Source of the DNA: Planctomycetota bacterium
GTDB taxonomy: Bacteria; Planctomycetota; UBA8108; SXIK01
Assembly (NCBI GenBank): GCA_965223265.1
Contig: OZ244999.1
Coordinates: forward strand, 1,952,001 to 2,016,000
Length of the DNA stretch: 64,000 bases
Direction of reading: 5' to 3'
Shown here: positions 10,616 to 23,100 of the stretch, one piece after another
Numbering within the stretch: the first letter of the stretch is position 1
How the letters are laid out: each line of letters begins with the position of its first letter
Notes under the pieces: model-generated
The model's database searches: none
Seen by the model: only the letters and a program-made list of their open reading frames with translations
Told to the model about the DNA's origin: nothing
Translations under genes and position numbers: made by a program

Positions 10616-13600
10616 CTAGCGTCCCGTCGCGTCTTTCGATGGACTCTCGGCACTGCTCGCGGCGACGTCGGCGACCAGGCGGATACCGATGAAGTTGAAC
10701 TTCTTCTCCGGTTCACGTCGGTTGTGCGTCGCGAGACGAACATCGCGGGGATCCGTCGCCGACCAGTTGGCACCGCGATAGACGAACATGCGTCGTCCAG
10801 GAGTTCGCTGTAGAACCGGCTCCGAGATCGAACCGGCGAGGTCTCGGACGCCGAAGATGCTTTCGTCGAGCGGATAGAGCCCGACGGGTCTGGGCCTGGC
10901 TGAGCGTCGCCAATTCCCGGAGCGTGACGCGCAGTACGTCCACACGACTCGTTTCCCCCAAACACAAAAGCGTCGATCGATGCCGCGTGCGGCGCGTTCC
11001 CACTCGAGATTGTGAGGCAAGCGGAACTGCCAACGATTGCCGTGCAGCTCAGTGAACCAAAGCGCGTACTCGGCAGCGGCGAGCATGGGGACTTCAAGCA
11101 CTGGCCACGACGGCAAGATGCCTGCGGCGAGGCTCCAGCGTCCGGCATCTTCGTCGTGTGAAAACATTTTGTCGGGGACGAGCAGAACATCGTCTTCGGA
11201 GGGCAGCCTCAATTCGTGGAAGATACCGCCCTTCCAATCGATGCGCGGCGCGGCTCGGCCACTCTCTGGATCAATCCTTTCGTAGTTCGCCTCGTGGTTG
11301 AGGAAGGCGAGGTACTCTTTAAACGTGACCTCGAGTTCACTCATGAAGAAGCCATCGACGTGTTGTTCACCACGTGGTTTCGAGCGATAGGCCTGGTCGT
11401 CGCCGCCAAACGCTACATACCCGGGGGGAACGTAGACGAAGCCCGGCGGCACGTCTTCGAGTCGTGGCAACACCAACCGGGAGCGAAACTCACGATTTGG
11501 CGACGACACCGGCACGCGCGTCTCGACGTGACCGGCCTTGCGCGCCACCAGAAGGTAGCTGCCTTGCGGCAGGGAGAAGGTCAATGGGGATGGGGCTTGG
11601 GCGATGCCGACGCGACAACCGTCTTCGTATCGAGGGGATAGCCTGCGAAGGTGATTCCGAGCTGAAAACTGATGTCGAGGAGTCGACCCGGCCGCAGACG
11701 TGTCTCGTCCGCGTCGAGCGCTGCGTAGACCTCATGGGGAAACGGAACCCACGTAAGATCCGCTCTCTTTCCGTGTCGCTCAACAGTGAGGGGAATCACT
11801 TCGTCCGCGACGACAGCCGCTAGTGCCCGAGCAAGATCGCCACGCCGTACGACACGCTTGCCGCCAACGGTGAGTAGTCGGTCTCCTGGCAAAAACGGTG
11901 GCAGCTTTGAGGCATTGGTGAGTGCGGAGACCGTCGCCTGCGGCCAAAAGTCGTTGAACCAGAGACGCTCAACCTGGAGAACGGGCTCGGAGAGAAACCC
12001 GTGCGAGACGTTCTCCCGTCCCTTCGCCGGCGAGAACGGAATTGGGACCAGGTGCTGTTCGCTCTTTTCGTAGCGAAAGCAGAAGACTTCGGTGCCACTT
12101 GGCTCGACCTCGAGGTTGACATTGATGTCGCCGCGGAGTTCGCGTTCGTACGTCCCGAGTCCCTGCGATGCGACCATCGTCTGAAAGAACTCCGCGTGCA
12201 CATTCATGACGGAACCTTGCTGTCGCGCCTGTTCCAACTGTCCCCAATGAATCGTCTCCAGAGCTTTGCGACTGGCAAGAAGAACGGTGGACCCAGGAGG
12301 GGCGATCTGTGAAGCTTCGCGGTATGCACCTACAGCTTCGCTGTAGAGATGACTTAGCTTCGCGTTTGCGGCGTCCAGTTCGTCTTCAAGTGCAAACCGA
12401 TCCGCCTCCCAGACAGGCTCCCAAGTTACCTCGGGCAACTCGTTGATTCGGGCGGTCAATGCTTCGCGTCGTTTTTGTAGTGCGGCGAGATCACGACGGA
12501 ATGCATCACCCGCATCGAGACGCTCTTCCGCGCGCTGAATGGCAAGTGAATGGTTGCGATATGAATTCGCGACGCCGAACAGCGCCATCAAACCGAGGAT
12601 GGTGGTCGCAGCGATGAGCCCCCGACGATGCTTGCGTGCAAGTTTACGAAGGCGATCAAGAGAGCTGGGGGGCGTCGCGAGAACCGGCTCGCTTCTCAAG
12701 TAGCGTCGCAGATCGGCCGCGAACTCCGAGGCGCTGGCGTAGCGCTCCTGTGGACCTTTCGCCATCGCTTTCATGGTGACCCGATCGAGATCGCCGCGGC
12801 TCTCGCGGACGAGGGCGGCCGGCGTGGCGCGGCGTTGTGCAGCGATCTCGCTGGACGAAACTCGGTCGATGCCGCCGAGGCGTCGACTGGGCTCGAGTGG
12901 TTCGTCCTCACGTAGCACGCGGAGCATTTCGCTCAGACCCGCGAGGCGCAGTGAACTGGGGTCGAACGGCAAGCGCCCGGTGAGAAGCTCGTAGAGAAGA
13001 ACGCCGAGCGAATAGATGTCCGTACGGGTGTCGACCCCTGACGGGTCGAGCTCGGCCTGCTCCGGACTCATGTACTCCGGTGTGCCGACGACTTGGCCAA
13101 CTTGAGTGTAGAGAGTCCTGTCGGTCAGCGCCTGATTGGTTGCCTTGGCGAGACCGAAGTCGATCACCTTCGGCACGTGGCGTCCATCCTCGAGCATCAC
13201 GAGCACGTTCGACGGCTTGAGGTCGCGGTGGATGATGCCCTTTTGATGCGCGTGATGGATCGCGTCGGCGACCTGGATCAGGAGGTCGAGACGTTCGGTC
13301 GTGGGCAGGCGATGCTCATCGCAGTAGCTTGTGATGGGAACGCCAGGAACGTACTCCATGACGAAATAAGGGCGCCCTTGTTCCGTCGTCCCGGCTTCGT
13401 AGACGCTCGCGATGTTCGTGTGACTCATCAGCGCCAGCGCCTGACGCTCGGACTCAAAGCGAGCGATGACGTCTCGCGTGTCCATCCCCGCTTTGATCAA
13501 CTTCAGCGCGACACGACGACGCACGGGTTCTTGCTGCTCGGCTAAGTACACATGCCCCATACCACCTTCCCCGAGGGCCTTGAGAATCTTGAAGGAGCCG

Positions 13601-13749
13601 ATCTGAGACGGTGCGTCGGCGTCGGAACTCGATCGAGCGAGGAAAGCCATTGACCCAATGGAAGGCCCATCGACGTCGCCGGAACCCCCTCGGCGACTCT
13701 CATCTTCAGGTAAAGGAGCCCGGCGATCGTGCGAGGAGTCGTCGTTCAT
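10616..13749 (-). CDS. Membrane Ser/Thr protein kinase with PDZ-like segment and C-terminal FGE-sulfatase (SUMF1) domain; split by a 1-bp frameshift at about 11585-11640
   Basis: Hanks motifs LGEGGMGHVY, VALKLIK, HRDLKPSN, DFGLAK, GTPEYMSPEQ, DIYSLG, then a TM helix. Downstream ORF has VPPGFVYVPPG, EVT..EY..F, FRLP...EWERAARG, DLAGS..E, RGANW, IGIRLV. Confidence 0.85.
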
Positions 13750-13899
13750 GGCTCTGGTTGCTGGCTGGAATTCCGCGCGAGCTCGACAGACGCGTCGCGG
13801 AAAACCAGCGCACTCACCTACTCGCTCAAACGGTTGAGATGATAGAATGCCGATTCATGGTGTCTGCTCTTCTCGCCTCTTGATAGAACATGGCTGCAC

Positions 13900-14568
13900 A
13901 TGAAGCGAGATGTTTTTCCGACCACGCGCGAAACTTGGATTGATGATCGTCTTCGTGCAGGAGACGACGGGCGTCGCGATGTGAACCACCATCTGATGAG
14001 CGTCTATTCTGAGCCTTTGCAGGTCTATTTTAAGGGGAGCTCGAGCCGCTGGCTCGGGGAGGCAGACGACATCGTTCATGGTTTCTTTGCCGACCGTCTC
14101 GCGAAGGGGCGGTTTCTCGAGGACTGGGCGAAGAGCGGCCTGCGCCTGCGGCGCTGGCTGATGAATGGATTCTGCTACTACCTCCAAGAACTGCGCTCTC
14201 GTCACAAGCGAGACGGTAGGATGAAGGAAGTTTCGGCTGACGTGCCGACGCAGGACGACGCCTCCGCTCTCGATCGAGCCTTTGTCGTATCGGTTGTCCG
14301 AGAAGCCCTGAAGCGGGCCGAGGCGGCGTGCTCTGCCGAGGGGCTCGAGCAGCATTGGGGGGCTTTCTTCGAACACCACTATCGAGGCCGCCCTTACTCG
14401 GAGGTTGCGGCTGAGATGCAGACTGACGCTGCTCGTGCCGCGGTGATGGCGCGTAGCGGTGCGAGAAGATTCGTGCGCGCCCTGCGTGAATTGCTCGCGC
14501 GTGACGGAGCGACGCCGCAAAGTCTTGAAGAAGAAATCAACGTGCTCTTGGAGGCTGCAGCATCGTGA
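13900..14568 (+). CDS. ECF-type RNA polymerase sigma factor (kinase-associated type)
   Basis: FPTTR N-terminus, Y..PL..Y, ADDIVHGFF region 2, PYSEVAAEM helix-turn-helix; divergent from the kinase. Confidence 0.7.
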   Translation: MKRDVFPTTRETWIDDRLRAGDDGRRDVNHHLMSVYSEPLQVYFKGSSSRWLGEADDIVHGFFADRLAKGRFLEDWAKSGLRLRRWLMNGFCYYLQELRSRHKRDGRMKEVSADVPTQDDASALDRAFVVSVVREALKRAEAACSAEGLEQHWGAFFEHHYRGRPYSEVAAEMQTDAARAAVMARSGARRFVRALRELLARDGATPQSLEEEINVLLEAAAS

Positions 14569-15044
14569 GCGCAGAACGAGAGTCTGGGGAGCGCTACGGT
14601 GGGCTCGACCTCGAGAAATCAACGCGCCTCTTGAGGCTCGGACTCGGTGGGTCGGGGCGGCCTGTCGATGAACTAGCGCTGCGGCTTGAGGCGGCGGACG
14701 GGCATCGTTGGTTCGGCGAGCTCCTCGAGCGCGACGCGGTTCTTCGCCAGCTGTCGGCGCAGATCGTTTCTGGGAATGTCGATCTTGGAGAGTTGAACTC
14801 GCTGAAGGAAGCGGCGAAGACGAAGCTTGCGGCAGCGAACGATCAGGACGCTCGCCTTGAGGGCGTGGCGGCGTATTTTCTCTCGCTCGCGGCCGCCCTG
14901 GTGCACTGCGGCACACTCATCAGCAGCCATTCCGCGCCTGACCTCGCAGCGGTGTTTGTCGATTTGGCCGCGGTCACGCCGAGCCCGTGGGACGAGCAGC
15001 TGACCAGAGCGGCATCTGCATGTCGCGACCGGAGCGCTGAGTAG
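14565..15044 (+). CDS. Hypothetical helical protein, translationally coupled to the ECF gene
   Basis: GTGA 4-bp overlap with the ECF stop; protein-like composition. Confidence 0.7.
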   Translation: MSAERESGERYGGLDLEKSTRLLRLGLGGSGRPVDELALRLEAADGHRWFGELLERDAVLRQLSAQIVSGNVDLGELNSLKEAAKTKLAAANDQDARLEGVAAYFLSLAAALVHCGTLISSHSAPDLAAVFVDLAAVTPSPWDEQLTRAASACRDRSAE

Positions 15045-15285
15045 TGGGCTGTTTCGCAAGGGATACAGCTCTTCGTCCTTTTTCTCGTCTTCGCTCGCGA
15101 TCGAAGGAGATCCGTATCTCTAATCTCCTTGCATCGCAGTGGAATCACCGTCAACCTAGTTCCGCCTCCTAGCCTAGCGCTAGGTCTCCCATGTGTTCGT
15201 GTGTCAGTGCTTTGGCTCAGACACGCAGGTGCGTCATGAGCGCTGGGAGGCTGATGTGCGCACAGGAGGAACGCGTTGAAACCAG

Positions 15286-18246
15286 ATGACGTGTGAGAAT
15301 TATTTGCGAGCTATGATGCGAACGACCCCCCGCCCAAGCTATTGTCCGGTCGCACTCAAACTCCGGTGCCTGCGATCCGTGACGGCGAACGGCTGGCGCG
15401 CTCAACGGGTTGCGCCATTCTTGGTGGTCGTCGCGGTTGCCTTTTGTTCACCGTCTCTGCCCGTCTCCTCGTCGTCGTTCTATCTGAGTGCGGGGGAGCC
15501 ACGAGGCGCTTCGCCGCCTCGAGAGCACTGGGCGTTCAACACCCCGGCCAGGCCGGAGGTGCCCCCGTCCGATTTAGAGTGGGTGCGCAATCCGATCGAC
15601 GCATTCGTCTTCCGACATCTGCAGCGCGAAGGTCTGGCGCCGTCGCCGGTAGCTGACCGCGCCACTCTCCTGCGTCGCCTGAGTCTCGATCTCATCGGGC
15701 TGCCGCCAACGATCGATGAGGTCGACGCTTTCTTGGGTGACACGAGCTCTAAAGCCTACGCCCGCCAGGTCGAACGCCTTCTCGACTCGCCGCACTACGG
15801 CGAGCGCTGGGCGCGATTTTGGCTCGACGCTGCGCGCTACGCGGATTCTGACGGTTATGAGAAAGATAAGCCGCGGACGGTGTGGTTTTACCGCGACTGG
15901 GTGATCTCAGCCTTCAATCGTGATCTACCCTACGATCAGTTCATCATAGAACAGTTGGCCGGAGATGAGCTGCCCGGAGCGACGCAAGATCAAGTTGTCG
16001 CAACAGGCTTTTTGCGTAACTCCATGATCAACGAGGAAGGCGGGATCGACCCGGAGCAGTTTCGCATGGAGGCGATGTTCGATCGCATGGATGCGATCGG
16101 TAAGAGCATCCTCGGCCTGACGATCCAGTGCGGTCAGTGTCACGACCACAAGTACGACCCGCTCACTCAAGAAGAGTACTACGGCATGTTCGTCTTCTTG
16201 AACAACGATCACGAAGCGAACATTGAGGTTTACACGTCTGCCCAACAAATGCAGCGTGCGGAGATTTTTCGTCAGATTCGGATGCTCGAAGACGAGCTTC
16301 GCCACCAAAATCCCGACTGGCGACAGCGCATGGCCGAGTGGGAGAAGCAGGTCGCGTCCGATCAACCGACGTGGACGACGGTGCATCCGAAAGTCGATCT
16401 GACGACTGCTGGCGGCCAGAAGCACCTGCCACTTGAGGATGGGTCTTATCTCGCCCAAGGTTACGCGCCGACGCGCCACACGGTGAAGATGACCGCGCGG
16501 AGCGAGCTGGAGGCGATAACCGCGGTGCAGCTCGAGCTGCTCCTCCACGACAACCTTCCGCGTGGTGGACCAGGCCGTTCCGTGCTCGGCACCGCCGCAT
16601 TGACCGAGATCGAAGTCTACGCACGTCCGGCTGCGCGTCCGGGCGAGGAGGCTCTCAAGGTAGACATCGACACCGCGACGGCGGATTTGAATCTGCCTGA
16701 GCGCGAGCTCGACGCGCGCTATGACGACCGCAGCGACCGTCGCCGCGTCACGGGGCCGATCGAGTTCGCCATCGATGGCAAGGAAGAGACGGCGTGGGGG
16801 ACTGACGCCGGACCGGGCCGTCGCAATCAGGCGCGCAAGGCGGTCTTTGTCTTCAAGGAACCGGTCACGTTTCCCGGTGGCGCGCTCGTTACGTTTCACC
16901 TCAGCCAGCGTCATGGCGGGTGGAACAGCGACGACAATCAGAACCACAACATCGGTCGCTACCGGCTAAGCGTCACGGGAGCGCCCTCGCCGCAGGCGGA
17001 TCTCCTGCCCCGGCGTGTCCGTGAGCTGCTCCTCACGACAACAGGCGCTGGACGCTCTTTCGCAACAGGCGCTGGACGCTCTTCCGCAACAGGCGCTGGA
17101 CGCTCTTCCGCGCAGGAGGCAGCCATCTTCAGCTACTGGCGTCGCACGGTCGACGAATGGCGATCGACGAACGATCGCATCGAAGCGCTGTGGCAGAGCT
17201 TCCCGGAGGGAAGCACTCAGCTCGTGCTGAAACCGCGAGAGCGGCCGCGGATGACGCATGTACTCAGTCGCGGCGACTTCTTGAAGCCGCTCGAGCGCGC
17301 CAACCCGACGGCACCCGCGTTCTTGCACCCGCTCCCCGACGGCGCGCCTGCGACACGGTTGACGTTCGCACGTTGGCTTGTCGATCCGCGTTCGCCGACG
17401 ACAGCTCGTTCGATCGTCAACCGCATCTGGCAAACCTACTTCGGCATCGGCCTCGTTGCGAGCAGCGAGGATCTCGGCGTCCGAAGCGAGCGACCGTCGC
17501 ATCCGGAGCTGCTGGATTGGCTCGCTGTTGAGTTTATGGAGCGGGGTTGGAGCTTAAAAGCGCTCCATCGCTTGATCGTCGACTCGTCGACGTATCGCCA
17601 GTCTTCTCGCGCGACACGTCAGCAATACACCGATGACCCACAGAACCGTCTTCTTGCCCGCGGTCCACGGTTTCGCGTCGACGGTGAGATCGTTCGCGAC
17701 ATCATGCTTTCCGCCAGTGGCCTTCTGACACCGCGGGTCGGTGGTCCCAGTGTCTACCCACCGCTCCCGGAGTTCATGCTCAAGCCGCCGGTGAGCTACG
17801 GCCCGAAGGTGTGGAATGAGGAGAAGGGTCAGAATCGATACCGTCGCGCGCTCTATACGTTCAGGTTTCGCTCGTTGCCGTTTCCGGCGCTGCAAGCGTT
17901 TGATGTACCGAACGGCGACTTTTCATGCGTACGGCGAAGTCGGTCCAACACGCCTTTGCAGGCACTGACAACGCTGAACGAAACGGTCGCGGTGGAGTGC
18001 GCGCGGGCGCTTGCTGCGCGAGTGTTGGAGGACGTCGCAGACGGCGATGACGCAGCGCGCATCGATTATGCGTTCCGCCGGTGCGTCTCGAGAAACCCTG
18101 ATGCCGCAGAGACCGAGGAGCTTCTTGGCCTTCTGTCGCGTCAAAGGAAGCGGGGAGCGACAGACGGGGAAAGCGCGGACCTCGCAGCGTGGACCGTTGT
18201 CTCACGTGTCCTTCTGAATCTCGACGAGGCTATCACGAAGGAATAA
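15286..18246 (+). CDS. Planctomycete DUF1549/DUF1553 (PSCyt2/PSD1) domain protein; start uncertain
   Basis: [78 protein letters not shown]. Confidence 0.92.
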   Translation: MTCENYLRAMMRTTPRPSYCPVALKLRCLRSVTANGWRAQRVAPFLVVVAVAFCSPSLPVSSSSFYLSAGEPRGASPPREHWAFNTPARPEVPPSDLEWVRNPIDAFVFRHLQREGLAPSPVADRATLLRRLSLDLIGLPPTIDEVDAFLGDTSSKAYARQVERLLDSPHYGERWARFWLDAARYADSDGYEKDKPRTVWFYRDWVISAFNRDLPYDQFIIEQLAGDELPGATQDQVVATGFLRNSMINEEGGIDPEQFRMEAMFDRMDAIGKSILGLTIQCGQCHDHKYDPLTQEEYYGMFVFLNNDHEANIEVYTSAQQMQRAEIFRQIRMLEDELRHQNPDWRQRMAEWEKQVASDQPTWTTVHPKVDLTTAGGQKHLPLEDGSYLAQGYAPTRHTVKMTARSELEAITAVQLELLLHDNLPRGGPGRSVLGTAALTEIEVYARPAARPGEEALKVDIDTATADLNLPERELDARYDDRSDRRRVTGPIEFAIDGKEETAWGTDAGPGRRNQARKAVFVFKEPVTFPGGALVTFHLSQRHGGWNSDDNQNHNIGRYRLSVTGAPSPQADLLPRRVRELLLTTTGAGRSFATGAGRSSATGAGRSSAQEAAIFSYWRRTVDEWRSTNDRIEALWQSFPEGSTQLVLKPRERPRMTHVLSRGDFLKPLERANPTAPAFLHPLPDGAPATRLTFARWLVDPRSPTTARSIVNRIWQTYFGIGLVASSEDLGVRSERPSHPELLDWLAVEFMERGWSLKALHRLIVDSSTYRQSSRATRQQYTDDPQNRLLARGPRFRVDGEIVRDIMLSASGLLTPRVGGPSVYPPLPEFMLKPPVSYGPKVWNEEKGQNRYRRALYTFRFRSLPFPALQAFDVPNGDFSCVRRSRSNTPLQALTTLNETVAVECARALAARVLEDVADGDDAARIDYAFRRCVSRNPDAAETEELLGLLSRQRKRGATDGESADLAAWTVVSRVLLNLDEAITKE
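17041..17112 (+). repeat. In-frame 24-bp tandem repeat x3 (TGAGRS[F/S]A)
   Basis: ACAGGCGCTGGACGCTCTTYCGC[A/G] three times. Confidence 0.9.
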
Positions 18247-18266
18247 GCCACTTCGCAGGTCGAACG

Positions 18267-19712
18267 ATGAATTGCCAGTCTCACCTACATCGCTTTCAAG
18301 ATCCGTCGCTGGTTTCGCGCCGTTGGTTCCTCCGCGACTGCGCCGTCGGCCTCGGTTCGATGTCGCTTGCACAGCTCCTAGCGCGTGAGGGACTCGCTGC
18401 GACCGCGACGGACGAGCCGGTGAGCGGTCCGTTGGCGCCGAAGACACCACACTTTCCTGGCCGTGCGAAGCACGTCATCTTTCTCTTCATGGCAGGCGCA
18501 CCGAGCCATCTCGATCTCCTTGACTACAAGCCACAACTGGCGAAGTATGACGGCACGCCGCCTCCCGCCGAGCTCATCGAGGGTTACCGCGCGGCGTTTA
18601 TCAACCCTGGGGCGAACTTGCTGGGGCCAAAGTTCAAGTTCGCGCGCCATGGGGAGAGTGGTGCTGAGTTGTCGGAGCTACTCCCGCACCTCGGTCGTGT
18701 CGCGGACAACATCGCGATCGTTCGTTCGATGGTGACGGATGCTTTCAATCACGCCCCGGGCCAGATCTTTATGAACACGGGCTCGCAGCAATTCGGGCGA
18801 CCGAGCCTTGGGGCGTGGACGACCTACGGACTCGGCAGTGAATCGCAGGATCTGCCGGGCTTCGTCGTTTTCAGCTCGGGGCGAAAGGGACCTAGCGGTG
18901 GCGACTCTAACTGGGGCAGCGGTTTTCTGCCGACGGTCTACCAGGGCGTGCCGTTTCGCAGCGGTGGCGACCCAGTCCTCTATCTCTCAAACCCCGAGGG
19001 CGTCGATGCCGAGGCGCAGGCTGATACGGTGTCGACGCTTGGGCGTCTCAACCGCAGGCGGCTCGGGGTTGTGGGCGATCCGGAAATCGCGACGCGCATC
19101 GCATCGTTCGAGATGGCGCACCGAATGCAGACGAGCGCTCCCGAGCTGATGGATCTGTCACAAGAGCCGCAGCACGTCTTGGATCTTTACGGCGTTGAAC
19201 CAGGTAAGCCCTCGTTCGCGAGCAATTGTCTGTTGGCGCGGCGTCTCGTCGAGCGCGGCGTACGTTTCGTGCAGCTATTTCATGAGTCCTGGGACCAGCA
19301 TGGGAATCTCGTCAAAGGCTTGACGCGCAACTGTCTGGAGACGGACCAGGCGTCGGCGGCGCTCCTAACAGATCTCAAGCAGCGTGGACTTCTTGACGAA
19401 ACGATCGTCATCTGGGGTGGCGAGTTCGGACGTACACCGATGGTCCAAGGAGGCAACGATGGCCGTGACCATCATCCCAATGCGTTCACGATGTGGCTCG
19501 CTGGCGGCGGCATTCGAGCTGGAACAACGCTCGGCGAGACGGACGAGTTCGGCTTCAACGCCGTGCGCGACCGCGTCCATGTCCATGATTTGAACGCGAC
19601 GCTCCTTCACCTCCTCGGGTTTGATCACACCCAGTTGACGTACCGGTTCCAGGGACGCGACTTCCGCCTCACCGACGTGCACGGTGAAGTAGTCGAAAAA
19701 CTCCTGGCGTGA
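18267..19712 (+). CDS. DUF1501 domain protein (Tat-type signal)
   Basis: [73 protein letters not shown]; usual partner of DUF1553. Confidence 0.92.
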   Translation: MNCQSHLHRFQDPSLVSRRWFLRDCAVGLGSMSLAQLLAREGLAATATDEPVSGPLAPKTPHFPGRAKHVIFLFMAGAPSHLDLLDYKPQLAKYDGTPPPAELIEGYRAAFINPGANLLGPKFKFARHGESGAELSELLPHLGRVADNIAIVRSMVTDAFNHAPGQIFMNTGSQQFGRPSLGAWTTYGLGSESQDLPGFVVFSSGRKGPSGGDSNWGSGFLPTVYQGVPFRSGGDPVLYLSNPEGVDAEAQADTVSTLGRLNRRRLGVVGDPEIATRIASFEMAHRMQTSAPELMDLSQEPQHVLDLYGVEPGKPSFASNCLLARRLVERGVRFVQLFHESWDQHGNLVKGLTRNCLETDQASAALLTDLKQRGLLDETIVIWGGEFGRTPMVQGGNDGRDHHPNAFTMWLAGGGIRAGTTLGETDEFGFNAVRDRVHVHDLNATLLHLLGFDHTQLTYRFQGRDFRLTDVHGEVVEKLLA

Positions 19713-20102
19713 GTTCGGGATTCCACCGCAGGCGTGCCGGCGGTGTTGTCTCCAGGCGGGGCCTTCCATGGGGCTCAAGCACTGGCGCTAGCGCTTTCAA
19801 ACGGTCCTGTGCGCGCGTGCCTCTTGCGCACGTGCCTCTTGGGTTGCCGTGCCGCGGTCTCACGGATGCTGTCTTTCGAGTGCTGTAACCTCTGCGATTG
19901 CAGTTGTTTGCGACTTTATTCTGGGGGTGCTGCACTGCCTGCGGCGTCACGCGCGGTCCACGGTGGGGCTCGCCGCATCTTCCTCCCGTCACACGCTCCC
20001 ACGCTTTCCGTCCACATCGATGGTGCGGGCGGAGGCTCTGATCCGCACCCGGTCCGGGTTCTCGAAGAGCCTACGGTTGGGACACCTTCAAGGAGGTAGC
20101 GC

Positions 20103-23100
20103 ATGAGACGCCCACTCGCCTTTCGCTTCGCCCTCTCGCTTTCGGTTGCGATTCTGACACTCGTCGCCGGTCACTTGATCGGCCCAAGTCGCACGCACGC
20201 CGGCAGCGGCATCGTCAACCCCGACGGAACGATCGATATCACGCTCAACGTTCGTTTCCCGCCGACACCAGAAATCATGGCAGAGATCCAGGCCGAAGTA
20301 GTAGCCGCCAGCGAGATCATCTGGGATGCGAGTGAAGGTCAGCTGCGTTTCGGTACGGTCACCATTGGTTGCGGCAACGTCAACGAGGATCTCGCGGACA
20401 TGTGGGTCTTTCCACAGAGCGGCCGCGCCGGCACGTCATTTCGCTGCGATGGTTCGCTTCTCGGTGAGAGTGGTGCGCACGTGACACAGTTTCTCCCGAG
20501 CTCTTCGGGTCTTGTGCTTGCGCACGAGTTCGGGCATCTGGCTCTCGGACTCGGTGACGAATACGACGAACAGAATCGATTCGGCGCTTGCTGGGGATTT
20601 GGTCGCTGTATGGAGACGGACGAAATCACTGAGAGAAATCAGTGCCTCATGCAGCTTCAGGGACCCGCGGGGATGACGTGGAGCGAATTCTGTACAGTCG
20701 ACGGCCACGACACGATCGTCGGCGACGGTCTCTCCTGCGAGGAGCAAGAGGTTCCACATGGCTGTGAGGACAACTGCCATCTCTTCAACCACGACACCAA
20801 CCGTTACGAGACGAGTCAGGAGACGAACAGCTGCAACGCCGACGGCTGCTGGGCTCACTTGGTCGACAACTTTCCCTTCATGGGAGAGCCCGACGGACTG
20901 CCGCAAGAGGATGTCCCCGCGGACTTCGTGCCGCCGATTTTCGTGGACAACTGCGACGTGACCGACACTCTGCTCCTCGTCCTGGATGCCTCTGGTAGCA
21001 TGAACTGGGCGACGAACGACGATGACGCCGAGGTGTGCGACAATGGCGAGGATGACGACGGCGATGGCGATGTCGACGAATCCGCCTGCCGCAACTCGCG
21101 GCTGTCGTACTTGAAGGCCGCCGCGCGTGGTCTCCTGGAGCTCGCCGCCGGTTCCGAAACGCGCATTGGAATCATGTCCTTCAACTGTACTCCGAATCTC
21201 GAAGCGGGCTTTCAGGACATTGACGATGACTTCGGTGGCTTGCAAGCAACAGTTGACGGCTTGACCGCAGGTGGTGGCACCGCGATCGGCCGAGCCTTGA
21301 GCTCGACAACACTGCTTTTTGGCGATGAGACCGAAGCCATGAACAAGACCGCGTTCCTGATCTCCGACGGTCACAACACGTGCGGCGAAGATCCCGCCGC
21401 GGTGACGCCGGCACTCAACGACGAGGACGTTCGGGTTTTCACGCTGTCGACTGGATCGGCTTCTGATGCAACCTTGCTGAGCGAGATTGCGGGCGATTCG
21501 GGCGGCACGCGTGTGGACATGAAGGACTCCCAGGCGCTGGTGCCCGCGATCGTCCAACTCTGGGCGCGGTATCAGAACGCGGGCGTGATTATCCCCAAAG
21601 CCGGCTATCAGATCGACGCCAATTCAAAGATCGAAGAAACGATCAAGGCCGCAGCGTCAAGTCGCCACTGGTTGGCGCTACCCGAACTGATCCGCAAGCC
21701 CGCGCCAGTCAACAACGTCTTTCGCATTGAGATCGAAGAGGGAACAGAAATCGTGACGTTCATGCTCGCCGGAAACCTCGGCAACATGGATGGCTTCGGA
21801 GTGAAGGCCACGCTCACCGGTCCCGATGGGCCGGGGCCTCACCTGTTCGACTCGGAAACTCCTGCTCCCGACCTGCGCGTCGTGCGCGATCCGTTTTTCT
21901 TACTCGTTCAGTTGCATCGACCGAATCCAGGCATGTGGAGCCTCAACGTCGAGGTCGCGCCGGGAGCCAATGCGTTCCAGAGCGGCAATCTCACGGTAAT
22001 CACTCAAAACCCACGCGCCGACCTATTCACCAGTCTCGACCGCGAAGTCGTCAGCGCAGGTGCTTCCGTGGAACTGACGATGCTGCCGTACTTTGATACC
22101 GGCCTCGCGTACGTCGCGGAGATGAACGCCGCAATGCTTCGTCCCGATGGCATCGTCGTGCCGGTCGACATCGACGATCGTACTGACGAGAACGGCGGCT
22201 ATGGAGCGATCATCACGGATACGTCGTTCGAGGGTCTCTATGAAGTGCGGGTGCGCATGCGAACCGGACTCGGAGCTCTGAACGACCCTGGTGAGATCAT
22301 CTTCGCGGATCGAGGCCCCGCCAACTCGGTGAAAGTGCCTGACTTCGAGCGCACTTCAGTTGAATACTTCTACGTGGTCGGAGGCAAACGCGTTTGCGTG
22401 AGTGGGAACCCTGTGGACTGCGACGGTGACGGCATCCCGAACGAGAGTGACACCGATGATTCCGACAAGGATGGCATCCCCGACGGCTTCGACACGGACT
22501 CCGACAACGACGAGATCCCCGACGCCGTCGAGTGGCAGGGCGTGCCGACCGACTTGGACGGCGACCGCATCCCTGATCACCTTGACGTTGACGCAGACGG
22601 CGACAAGATTCCGGACGCAGAGGATCCAGTCGTCTCGATCAAGCCAGTTGCGCCGTGGCTCGAGATGGATGACGCTGAGTTGTCACCATGCGCAGAAACA
22701 AAGCCGACGGTTGTCCGCGTCAAGTCTGAGCGAGCCGTGATCGCCGTCGAAATGGGATTCGTCTGGGAACCCGATGCCCTAGCGATTGCCTTCGTCCGGC
22801 CGAGCGACGAAGTCGCCAGGCAACTGCGTACGTTCGAGATCATCCAAGAACAAAAACCTCTTCTTCCGGGCCAGATGATCGTTCGTATGGAGTTCGCGGA
22901 GCCGCTCAAGGCTTACTGCAGTGACTTGCTCAACTTCGAGGTCAAGGCGCGCAAGGGATTCCGCGAGACTCAGCTGTGTCTCGTACCAAAGCTGGGGGAT
23001 GTCGCGACGAGCATCACCGTAGTCGACGGCAAGGCGATTGCACGATTTCCAGTGGTCGCCACTTGCAGCGCTGTGCGACAGAGCGGCGATCGAGTCCCGC

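Noticed and set aside
10238-10692. RGRGRG/PSPSPS/ETETE ORFs
   Set aside because: Translations of hexamer tracts in an intergenic region.
19734-20106. Small Cys-containing ORFs upstream of the CLCA-like gene
   Set aside because: No RBS or recognisable motif; more likely a promoter region.
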